Positions 7,005-13,687 of a DNA stretch of 13,687 bases are shown in pieces (positions within the stretch are counted from its first letter, which is position 1; every line of letters begins with the position of its first letter). The stretch is taken from contig JBAXKK010000070.1 of assembly GCA_037137395.1 (NCBI GenBank), positions 1-13,687 of the forward strand. The letters are read 5' to 3'. The notes beneath the pieces were generated by a model, which was given only the letters and a program-made list of their open reading frames with translations, had not been told where the DNA came from and made no database searches. Both the position numbers and the translations under genes were made by a program. The stretch comes from Elusimicrobiota bacterium (GTDB lineage: Bacteria > Elusimicrobiota > Elusimicrobia > Elusimicrobiales > UBA9959).

Positions 7005-8060
7005 TTAGAACTTATGCGCCTTATGCGGTCCCATGCTGAACAGCACCTGGAACATCGCGGTGTGAACAGCAGGGGAATTTTCCGGTTTGAAATGCTCATA
7101 ACTGAGCCTAAGCAGAGTCGTCTCTTCCAGCAGCGAGAATCCGACAAAACCTTTTAGCGCTCGGTTGGTCAGGCTTTTATTTTCAATCGGCTGATATTGA
7201 TCGTAAATAATACCCGCGTTCCATCTCTGCTTGAACTTCAGATCCGCAAAGACATAAACCCCCTGCCTTCTGATCCTGCTGGAATCGCCAGTGGTTGTGT
7301 CAACGACAACTTCGCTGTTATTATAGAGGTACTCACCCTGCAATGTCAGGTTGGTCAGGCTAGAGAAGGATATTTTAGTCTTAATATCCGCCCCGTAAAC
7401 TCCTGTTTTTGCTTTCCAGTGGACATTATTGACGCCTTGGGTGGCAGAAACACCTATATCCAGCGGCACCGTGTCATTCAGAAGCACTGAATTCCCCCAT
7501 CGGCTTATCCAGCCAGCCCTGGACTCTGGCTCGTCCGGGTGGAAGGATGCTCCTTTGAGAAAATCCACCGAGATATCGGACGCCCAGCTTCCGAAAGTCG
7601 GCAAGAGGTACGAAGCATGCGCCCCGACATCATTGAATCCATCGTCACCTGGAAGCATCGCAGACATGACTCTTGGGGCTTCAATGAACGGATAAGCATG
7701 CGGATGCACTGGGTTTAGCTTACCGAAACCTAGGCGGTATTTTCCCCCACGGAGCGCAAGTCCAGCTGGAAGTCCCTTGAGGACATCGATATATGCTTCC
7801 TCAGTCTGCAATCCTTCATCCCCTGCTGTGAACACGAAAAAACCCTTAGCATAGGGATTCAGATAGGAATCAAACACCAATTCCGTCTCGCCCAGGTCAA
7901 GCGTTGGCCTATGGGCATCCTGCACGGTTTTATCATCGTGGTATTTAAAAACAATCTGTCCAATAACCGAAATGTCCGGATTAGTCACTCCGGCGTATAC
8001 AACGCCGGGAATAATCAAACCACTTAAAAATACAAGGCAAATTACACTTACTCTAAACAT
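7005..8060 (-). CDS. Outer-membrane beta-barrel/porin associated with metal uptake
   Basis: Signal peptide, NPDISVIG, FGKLNPVHPH, alternating beta-strand pattern and C-terminal GPHKAHKF. First gene of the binding-protein/permease operon. Confidence 0.78.
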   Translation of the reverse strand: MFRVSVICLVFLSGLIIPGVVYAGVTNPDISVIGQIVFKYHDDKTVQDAHRPTLDLGETELVFDSYLNPYAKGFFVFTAGDEGLQTEEAYIDVLKGLPAGLALRGGKYRLGFGKLNPVHPHAYPFIEAPRVMSAMLPGDDGFNDVGAHASYLLPTFGSWASDISVDFLKGASFHPDEPESRAGWISRWGNSVLLNDTVPLDIGVSATQGVNNVHWKAKTGVYGADIKTKISFSSLTNLTLQGEYLYNNSEVVVDTTTGDSSRIRRQGVYVFADLKFKQRWNAGIIYDQYQPIENKSLTNRALKGFVGFSLLEETTLLRLSYEHFKPENSPAVHTAMFQVLFSMGPHKAHKF

Positions 8061-8154
8061 AATCGCTCCTTAAAAGAATTGATGTGTCACAAGAGTTTAT
8101 TCCGATACGACACGGCTAGGAATATCGTGTGACGGGAAGTCAATGTTTAGAGTA
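8049..8154 (-). promoter_or_regulatory. Long mRNA hairpin sequestering the porin start codon (translational attenuator)
   Basis: Perfect 12-bp inverted repeat between 8143-8154 (mRNA UACUCUAAACAU) and 8049-8060 (mRNA AUGUUUAGAGUA). Nested stems at 8128-8133/8086-8091 and 8119-8124/8098-8103. Confidence 0.75.
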
Positions 8155-8416
8155 TGGGAGGACCGCGTGAAAGGACGGTATTGTAGAATGTGCTTTTGAC
8201 AAGAACATCCGTAACAGGAACGACATTAAATAATATCGTAGGGTCAGCAGACTGAACTGTTACGCTATTTACCGGTATGACTGAAGAAGCAGCAATACAT
8301 AAGACGCAGCTATCTGTGCGGTGGGTCGAAAGATCATGTGAGGCAGCATGGATGCCTATACCTATTACGGCAAAAATAGCCCATATCGCCACTAGCTTTT
8401 TTATACCGCTTAGCAT
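8147..8416 (-). CDS. DUF2946-like His/CxxC leader peptide with C-terminal RGPP ribosome-arrest motif
   Basis: 89 aa: N-terminal hydrophobic segment, HAASHDLSTHRTDSCVLC, spacer, then SRGPPIL*. Confidence 0.82.
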   Translation of the reverse strand: MLSGIKKLVAIWAIFAVIGIGIHAASHDLSTHRTDSCVLCIAASSVIPVNSVTVQSADPTILFNVVPVTDVLVKSTFYNTVLSRGPPIL

Positions 8417-8422
8417 ATAAAG

Positions 8423-8452
8423 ATTCTACTCATTTTCCCCTGAGTATGTGAA
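8423..8452 (-). promoter_or_regulatory. Sigma70-like promoter giving a probably leaderless mRNA for the leader peptide, with an internal operator-like inverted repeat
   Basis: TTCACA-N18-TAGAAT with 6 nt between the -10 and the ATG and no SD. TACTCA-N8-TGAGTA (8427-8446) lies across the spacer. Confidence 0.55.
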
Positions 8453-8480
8453 GCTGTTTTAGTCTAGTTGTTTTCGGCGC

Positions 8481-8855
8481 TCAATGACATCCAGGGCCAC
8501 CGTGATGCCCACAGGCGTGCATGGGGTCGGCTTCCTTAAGTTTGCCGGACTTTACAGCCTTTGCGGCTTCTTCAACCGTAGATGCCGGACTGAGATAAAC
8601 TTTTATCCCTGCGGCTCTCAGACCGTTTATGGCGCCAGCTCCCATGCCACCGGCCACCACGGCATCGGGCTTGGCATTGCCCACAGCTTTGAGCGGGTTA
8701 CACATGCCGTGCTCGTGTTCAAGATTCCCGTTATCTATGATTTCGCATTTAAGCGTTTCGGTGTCGCAAACAGTGAAATACGGAGCGCTGCCGAAATGCC
8801 CGTAAACTTTCGCCTTCAACCCGTCTTTTGTTTCTGTAGGTATGCAGACTTTCAT
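8481..8855 (-). CDS. NifB/NifX-family (FeMo-cofactor-binding-like) protein
   Basis: MKVCIP...HFGSAPYF...GGMGAGA...AGIKVY motifs with His/Cys-rich segments HEHGMC and HACGHHGGPGCH. Confidence 0.9.
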   Translation of the reverse strand: MKVCIPTETKDGLKAKVYGHFGSAPYFTVCDTETLKCEIIDNGNLEHEHGMCNPLKAVGNAKPDAVVAGGMGAGAINGLRAAGIKVYLSPASTVEEAAKAVKSGKLKEADPMHACGHHGGPGCH

Positions 8856-8882
8856 TTTGAGTCCTCCTGATGCTTTTGATTT

Positions 8883-10196
8883 TTAAAAATAATACCTGGC
8901 CCGCAGCTCATATCTGGCGTTGCCCGCTTTCTCGCCGAATTCCGTTTCGGGGGCACCGGCCAGGAACATGGCTTTAAGTCTAAGTTCAAAATTCGTGATG
9001 CGCGTCCACATTATTTCCGGCGAGAGTGAGAAACTTTTATCGTCTGCGTTTACTATCGTGGTCAGTGCCGGCGTAAAATAAAGGATATTGAACGGGTCCT
9101 GTTGTGTAGCACGCAGGTATACATAGTTGCGCATTGGGTTTACCACGCTGTAGCCGGAATTACCTATGTTTATTGCGTTTTGCATCTGCGCGGCGCTGCC
9201 CGTTCCTGCATAAGAGGCATAAGCGGTGTTTACGAAAGAAAAATAATCCATCATCGCCTCGTCCGAGAAGCCACCGCCGTTGTGATAATACTCGGCGATA
9301 TAGGTGGCGTCCTTTTCGGTCTGATAGCGTAAGCCGAGCAGCCAGCTTTTCGCGTCAAAGACTTTTGGGGCGGTTTTTCCGTTCTTGTCGGTTATGGTCT
9401 GGGGATTATCCGCTATTAAAGTCGCTTCACCGTGCACCTCGAAATTAGTGGAGATATTCCGCGAGAAATCGGCCCCGTAAGCCGCGGGTTTGCTTCCTTT
9501 AGCGCGATAGAGCAGATCGATGTCCGTATCGTAAAACAGGAAATACGCCTTAGCGGCCAGGTCCAGGTGGTTTAAACTGCCGAAGGTGTTGTTGAGATTA
9601 TCATAAACCGGCAACAATACCGGCGTGATGGACGCTGTTTTCAACCGCCCGTCAAAGCTTTTGGTATAATCGGCGGCCAGCACCGTGTAACCTTCAAGGG
9701 GCAGTTCGGGGTCGTCTGGGTTCTTCGGGCGGTCTACGAACGCCGCCGGGTTCCAGGCGTAGCCTTTGCCCCAGCGCATTACCTTTTTTCCGGTTATTAT
9801 ATCCGTTGACTGCGAGGGTTTTACGGATAGGTAGCCCTCATATATTTGCAGGTCGTTGTTCCAGCCCTGATAGGTATTGTTTAAATCGGCGTTGGCGCGA
9901 AGGTACAGCTTTGAGATCCCGCGCTGATAGCTCCCTTCAAGCTGGAGTTTGGAATTATATTCCGCTGTCGTCCAGGTTTTAGCGCGGTTATAAAATTTAA
10001 GCTTGTAAAACGCCGCGTTCCTGTCCTGGTCTATCAGCACCGGTCTGAATTCAGCGTAGCCGCCCAGGCTGTAGGGTTTTGTTTCAGTCTCGGAAACATC
10101 GAAAGAATAATCTTCCGCTGCACCCGGTGTTACAAGGCCGGGAGAGGCGGGAAGGCAGAGTAAAAAACCCAGGAAGAAATGCCGGCGGAGGCTCAT
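8883..10196 (-). CDS. Outer-membrane protein associated with the ABC/LolA-like module
   Basis: Signal-like N-terminus, GKKVMRWGKGYAWNP motif and C-terminal aromatic beta-signal ARYYF. ATGA overlap with the upstream gene. Confidence 0.72.
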   Translation of the reverse strand: MSLRRHFFLGFLLCLPASPGLVTPGAAEDYSFDVSETETKPYSLGGYAEFRPVLIDQDRNAAFYKLKFYNRAKTWTTAEYNSKLQLEGSYQRGISKLYLRANADLNNTYQGWNNDLQIYEGYLSVKPSQSTDIITGKKVMRWGKGYAWNPAAFVDRPKNPDDPELPLEGYTVLAADYTKSFDGRLKTASITPVLLPVYDNLNNTFGSLNHLDLAAKAYFLFYDTDIDLLYRAKGSKPAAYGADFSRNISTNFEVHGEATLIADNPQTITDKNGKTAPKVFDAKSWLLGLRYQTEKDATYIAEYYHNGGGFSDEAMMDYFSFVNTAYASYAGTGSAAQMQNAINIGNSGYSVVNPMRNYVYLRATQQDPFNILYFTPALTTIVNADDKSFSLSPEIMWTRITNFELRLKAMFLAGAPETEFGEKAGNARYELRARYYF

Positions 10197-10927
10197 CGCA
10201 GGGTGTCCACCTTCGGCATAAAGGTCAGCGTGAAGACCTCGTCTTTCAGTTCCCGCTTTTTTATCTTTGAGAAGATCATCACGGATTTATAGCCTTTATA
10301 AAGCGGGCTGTCGGTCTCTATCACGGAAGGCCGTACTATCCCGTCGCCGAAATCTTTAATTTCCTTATAATACAGTGTTTTAATGAGCATTCCTTTTTCC
10401 GTAAGACATTCCAGCTTTACGGGCAGTTTCTTCTTCTTGTCCACCCAGATGTTAAGCCTGTCATAGGCCACCGTTTTGCTCCTGGCCTTTACATGGAGAA
10501 GGTACTCTTCTCCCTTCTCTTCCATTTTCTCCACTGCGTATTCCGCGCCGAAGTCTATCTTGAGTATATCCGCGTTGTTGAATACGCCGCCGGTGGCGGA
10601 TTGCAGGCTGGTGATACGTATGGGTTTGCCCACGTTGGGGATGTAGAGCCACATATTATCGCCCAGCCTTAACATCCCTCGGCCTTTATCGCTGGCCGGG
10701 GAAAGGAATACTCCGGCGACCTTTTCATTGCCCTTGCGTACCATGTAAAGGACAAACTCCTTTTTACGGCCATCCGGTTCGATGTTAATGAGTTTTCGGT
10801 ACATCTCGTATGAGGGCGGCTCCAGGTTCCTGTCCACTTCCTGGAGCAGCGCGTTTCCGTCTTCTACGGCGTGCGCGACGGCGGCCATGAAAGCGAGCAG
10901 TGAAAAGATAAATAGTTTCTTCAGCAT
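10193..10927 (-). CDS. Outer-membrane lipoprotein-sorting protein (LolA-like fold)
   Basis: Signal peptide, FLSPASDKGRGMLRLGDNMWLYIP...PIRI, and context next to FtsX/LolD-like genes. Confidence 0.85.
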   Translation of the reverse strand: MLKKLFIFSLLAFMAAVAHAVEDGNALLQEVDRNLEPPSYEMYRKLINIEPDGRKKEFVLYMVRKGNEKVAGVFLSPASDKGRGMLRLGDNMWLYIPNVGKPIRITSLQSATGGVFNNADILKIDFGAEYAVEKMEEKGEEYLLHVKARSKTVAYDRLNIWVDKKKKLPVKLECLTEKGMLIKTLYYKEIKDFGDGIVRPSVIETDSPLYKGYKSVMIFSKIKKRELKDEVFTLTFMPKVDTLR

Positions 10928-10936
10928 CGGGCTCTC

Positions 10937-12175
10937 CTATATGCTCTTTAGCGCTTTGACAGGCTCTAGCCTGGACGCTTTCCAGGCGGGCTGGAGGCTG
11001 CCGAACACTGCCACGGCAAGCACAATAGCCGAAATCAACGAGAAGTCCACGGGGTTTACTGATGGTGTTAAGACAAAACCCTCGCGCATACCGAAAGAGA
11101 ACGTGATGTGCAGGAGCCTGACCCCGTATATCACCACGACGCTTATGATGTTGCCAGTGATAACCCCGGCCGCACCCAGGCACAACCCCTCCGCCATGAA
11201 CATGGCAAGGATGGTGTTCGGCTGTGTACCTATGGCGGCGATGGTCCCTATTTCCCTTGTCCGCTCGTAGACCGACATGATCATCACGTTCATAATGCCG
11301 ATGAGCACTATTGCCACGAGCATTATCTTAACTAGGAGTGTCATCATGTCTATCATCTTGGCAATGCTGGCGAACGGGGAAAGTTTTTCCCAGGTGTGTA
11401 TTTCAAAAACCGGCTTGCCGTCTTTGGTCTTTTCCTGCGCGAAGGCTTTTGCCAGGGTGTTGAAAGCCGTGTCGAGCTTGCCGAAGTCCTTTAAGTGCAC
11501 GGCTATCTCGCTGATTTCCGGCGGGTCCATGCGCAGCAGCTCCATGGCGTCGGCCAGCAGAATATAGCCGTCTCGCCCGCCGGGGCCGGGCGCGGTTTCT
11601 ATAATGCCGCCCACGGTGAACTGCTTGCCGTTCACTGAGCCGTCCTTGTTGGTGGCCACCAGCACCACGGTATCGCCGGTCTTGAGCTTCATGCCTTTCG
11701 CCAGAAGTTCCGGCACCAATACCTCGCCCGGCTTCAGATTACTGTTGCCCTCTAAAACCCTGGAGGGAAGCAGCGGCGCGGTTTTGAATTCCTTTTCCGG
11801 ATCTATGGCCGCAATGCGGATGTTGGTGGTCTCGGCAAAATTACTTATCATGCCGCCCAGCTTGATGCGGGTGGAATAAGACTCGACAAAGGGGCTGGCT
11901 TTAAGGATGGCTTCAGCCCGCGTCATTTGGTCAACAGTCAGGTTCATGTTCAGGGGCACATTCTCGACCGATACCAGATAGCCTTTCTTGTGTACCTGGA
12001 TATGCCCGAGCATGGAATCAGTGATCTGCGATATGATCAAGGTTTTATAGGAGTTTGTCGCCGCCATATATACCTGGACGAACACCACGCCCACGGCGAT
12101 AAGCGAGACTATCAGTAAAGACCGCCTTGCGTACCTGTGCGTATTGCGGACCGCCATTTTAAATATCTTAAGCAT
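10937..12175 (-). CDS. ABC transporter permease (MacB/LolE/FtsX type)
   Basis: N-terminal TM, large periplasmic domain, MSVYERTREIGTIAAIG and PAWKASRLEPVKALK. Confidence 0.93.
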   Translation of the reverse strand: MLKIFKMAVRNTHRYARRSLLIVSLIAVGVVFVQVYMAATNSYKTLIISQITDSMLGHIQVHKKGYLVSVENVPLNMNLTVDQMTRAEAILKASPFVESYSTRIKLGGMISNFAETTNIRIAAIDPEKEFKTAPLLPSRVLEGNSNLKPGEVLVPELLAKGMKLKTGDTVVLVATNKDGSVNGKQFTVGGIIETAPGPGGRDGYILLADAMELLRMDPPEISEIAVHLKDFGKLDTAFNTLAKAFAQEKTKDGKPVFEIHTWEKLSPFASIAKMIDMMTLLVKIMLVAIVLIGIMNVMIMSVYERTREIGTIAAIGTQPNTILAMFMAEGLCLGAAGVITGNIISVVVIYGVRLLHITFSFGMREGFVLTPSVNPVDFSLISAIVLAVAVFGSLQPAWKASRLEPVKALKSI

Positions 12176-12869
12176 TGTTGCCTCCGGTGCGGGACGTGCC
12201 AGTGAGTTCGCCGTCCTCCAGCGTGAAGATGCGTTCGGCCTCGCCGATGATCTTCTGGTCGTGCGTTGAGAAGATAAAGGTCGTGCCGGTCTCGGCGCGC
12301 ATCTTCTTCATCAGTTCAAGTATCAGGTAAGCCGTCTTATGGTCCAGGTTCGCGGTGGGTTCGTCGGCCAGCACTATCTTGGGGCGGGTTACTAGCGCCC
12401 TGGCTACGGCCACGCGCTGTTTCTGCCCGCCCGAGAGTTGGTCGGGATATTTATTGAGCTGGTCCGTCATGCCGACTTCTTCAAGCAGGGCCCTTATCCG
12501 CTTTTTGCGTTCATCTTCCGGCAGAGGGTTCACTATCATCAGCGGGTATTCGATGTTCTCATAGACGGTTAACACTGGGATAAGATTGAAGTCTTGGAAG
12601 ACAAAACCTATATGCTCACCCCGGAACCGCGCCCCGGCCTTGCGGTCCAGTTTGCCAACGTCCATGCCGCACACTTCCAGCAGGCCGCCGCTGGGTTTGT
12701 CCAGGCAGCCGATAAGGCTTAAAAGCGTTGTCTTACCGCTGCCTGACGGCCCGACGAAAGCGGCGAAGTCTCCAGCTTCCAGCTCAAAGTTTAATCCTTT
12801 GAGTGCCTCAACCTTGGTCTCGCCTGCGATATAATCCTTGTGCAGATTCTTTCCTGATATGATAACCAT
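12168..12869 (-). CDS. ABC transporter ATP-binding protein (LolD/MacB-like)
   Basis: Walker [15 protein letters not shown]-loop, LSGGQKQRV signature, [10 protein letters not shown] and STHD. Confidence 0.96.
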   Translation of the reverse strand: MVIISGKNLHKDYIAGETKVEALKGLNFELEAGDFAAFVGPSGSGKTTLLSLIGCLDKPSGGLLEVCGMDVGKLDRKAGARFRGEHIGFVFQDFNLIPVLTVYENIEYPLMIVNPLPEDERKKRIRALLEEVGMTDQLNKYPDQLSGGQKQRVAVARALVTRPKIVLADEPTANLDHKTAYLILELMKKMRAETGTTFIFSTHDQKIIGEAERIFTLEDGELTGTSRTGGNNA

Positions 12870-12902
12870 GCAATCTCCTTATAAAACCACTGCGCCGCGC
12901 TG

Positions 12903-13319
12903 TCATTTTCCAGGTTTAATGCGTTTGGCCGATTTTTTGTTTCCGGCAAGGCGGGTTGTCTTTTTTGCGCTCTCGCAGCATCTCCGGCCGCCTTGGCCGT
13001 CATGCTTTCCGCAACCGCAACCGCCGGAGTGAAGTTTAACCGTGCCGCCAGTTATCCGTATTGATTTGCCGCATACCAGCGCATCGGCGATCTTCTGCCG
13101 GGCGGAGTTTATTATATTGCCGAAAGTCTGGCGGGAGACGCCCATTATCTTAGCGGCGTCCTCTTGATACATCCCCCGGGAGTCGGCAAGGCGAAGTGCC
13201 TCGAACTCGTCAAGTTGAAGACGTATCTCTCCGCCGTCCCGTGAGGCTTTGCCGTTCGGACCGAAACAGGAGCAGGAGGGCTCGGCATGCACTTTCCTGC
13301 ATTTTCTGGACTCGCACAT
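12903..13319 (-). CDS. DUF134-family putative DNA-binding regulator with Cys-rich tail
   Basis: RKCRKV...LQLDEFEALRLADSRGMYQEDAAKIMGVSRQTFGNIINSARQKIADALVCGKSIRITGG. Start moved to the ATG at 13319 because GGAGGA lies at 13324-13329. Confidence 0.9.
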   Translation of the reverse strand: MCESRKCRKVHAEPSCSCFGPNGKASRDGGEIRLQLDEFEALRLADSRGMYQEDAAKIMGVSRQTFGNIINSARQKIADALVCGKSIRITGGTVKLHSGGCGCGKHDGQGGRRCCESAKKTTRLAGNKKSAKRIKPGK

Positions 13320-13337
13320 ATATTCCTCCACTGAAAG

Positions 13338-13357
13338 CTATTGGCATATGCCAATAG
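13338..13357. promoter_or_regulatory. Perfect 20-bp palindrome, probable operator
   Basis: CTATTGGCATATGCCAATAG is its own reverse complement and lies between the -10 and the RBS of DUF134. Confidence 0.8.
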
Positions 13358-13359
13358 GA

Positions 13360-13389
13360 ATTATAGGTATTGCGTCTCCTGTGAGTCAA
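13360..13389 (-). promoter_or_regulatory. Sigma70-like promoter of the DUF134-ABC-NifX operon
   Basis: TTGACT-N18-TATAAT on the minus strand. Confidence 0.75.
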
Positions 13390-13558
13390 GCATTCGATAA
13401 CACGTTGCTTACTGCACTGGGAAAAAAGGTTTCAATAGGTAATGGAAATGCCGGTAAGGGCTTCGGTGCGGTCCGGGAAAACGTTTCCGTAGTTTGAGAA
13501 TGAGTGCGACTGTTTTTCGGTTTCTCGACGAAAAACGGGCGTGCTTGTTCGGTGTTAT

Positions 13559-13589
13559 AAAAAAAGTGCTTACAAAATAAGCACTTTTT
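13559..13589. terminator. 12-bp inverted repeat or bidirectional terminator adjacent to the right repeat
   Basis: AAAAAGTGCTTA-CAAAA-TAAGCACTTTTT (13561-13589) with T tracts on both strands, 9 bp before the repeat. Confidence 0.6.
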
Positions 13590-13598
13590 AAAAAGTCT

Positions 13599-13687
13599 GG
13601 GTGGCTGGGTAGACCAGGTTAGAACCTGTTTGATGCAGGTTTAATGTTCCCCCACTTTGACCGTGTATGACAGTTTATGATGGACCG
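13599..13687 (+). repeat. Right copy of 89-bp direct repeat (att-like)
   Basis: 88/89 identical to positions 1-89 and in the same orientation. Confidence 0.97.

Larger units (their letters stand above)
1..13687. mobile_element. Putative direct-repeat-bounded cargo cassette or genomic-island unit lacking its own recombinase
   Basis: Terminal direct repeats with an att-like dyad, a recombinase-associated-type HTH ORF just inside the left repeat, and accessory cargo all on one strand. Mobility is inferred. Confidence 0.6.

Noticed and set aside
8481..8855. Nitrogen fixation gene
   Set aside because: The NifB/NifX fold is widespread in non-diazotrophs and no nifHDK or other nif genes are present.
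10785..11183. Alternative-frame minus-strand ORFs (10785..11183, 10461..10652, 12791..13003, 13145..13354)
   Set aside because: Out-of-frame overlaps with intact genes, with Arg-rich non-coding-like composition.
739..12834. Numerous plus-strand ORFs (e.g. 739..1128, 2025..2375, 3236..3649, 8484..8870, 10782..11270)
   Set aside because: Antisense shadows of well-supported minus-strand genes with no family motifs.
13249..13497. 82-aa plus-strand ORF as a recombinase remnant
   Set aside because: It shares the frame of the repeat peptide but overlaps DUF134 and its promoter, has no recombinase motifs, and is separated from the repeat by several stops.

Overview
The window starts and ends with copies of an 89-bp direct repeat (1-89 and 13599-13687, one mismatch). 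The repeat has att-site-like features: a CAGGTT-AG-AACCTG dyad and tRNA-3'-end-like spacing on the minus strand. It is followed by a degenerate HTH ORF of a type seen beside large serine recombinases. No recombinase gene is visible, so this looks like an integrase-less cargo cassette. All cargo genes are on the minus strand and relate to metal, redox and anion homeostasis in a diderm, probably anaerobic bacterium. (i) DUF134 regulator with a perfect 20-bp operator palindrome, a LolD/FtsX/LolA-like/outer-membrane ABC module and a NifB/NifX-family protein. (ii) An apparently leaderless His/CxxC peptide ending in RGPP, whose last codons pair with the start codon of the next gene. This is a candidate metal-sensing ribosome-arrest attenuator for a porin, ZnuA-like binding protein, ZnuB-like permease and NiCoT-like transporter. 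(iii) DUF202, a frameshifted ECF sigma factor and a thiol-redox cluster (DUF6132-like, thioredoxin, OsmC, ferredoxin, CGGC). (iv) A fluoride riboswitch with terminator controlling a CPA2 cation:proton antiporter. Family assignments are from motif recognition by eye, not database searches.
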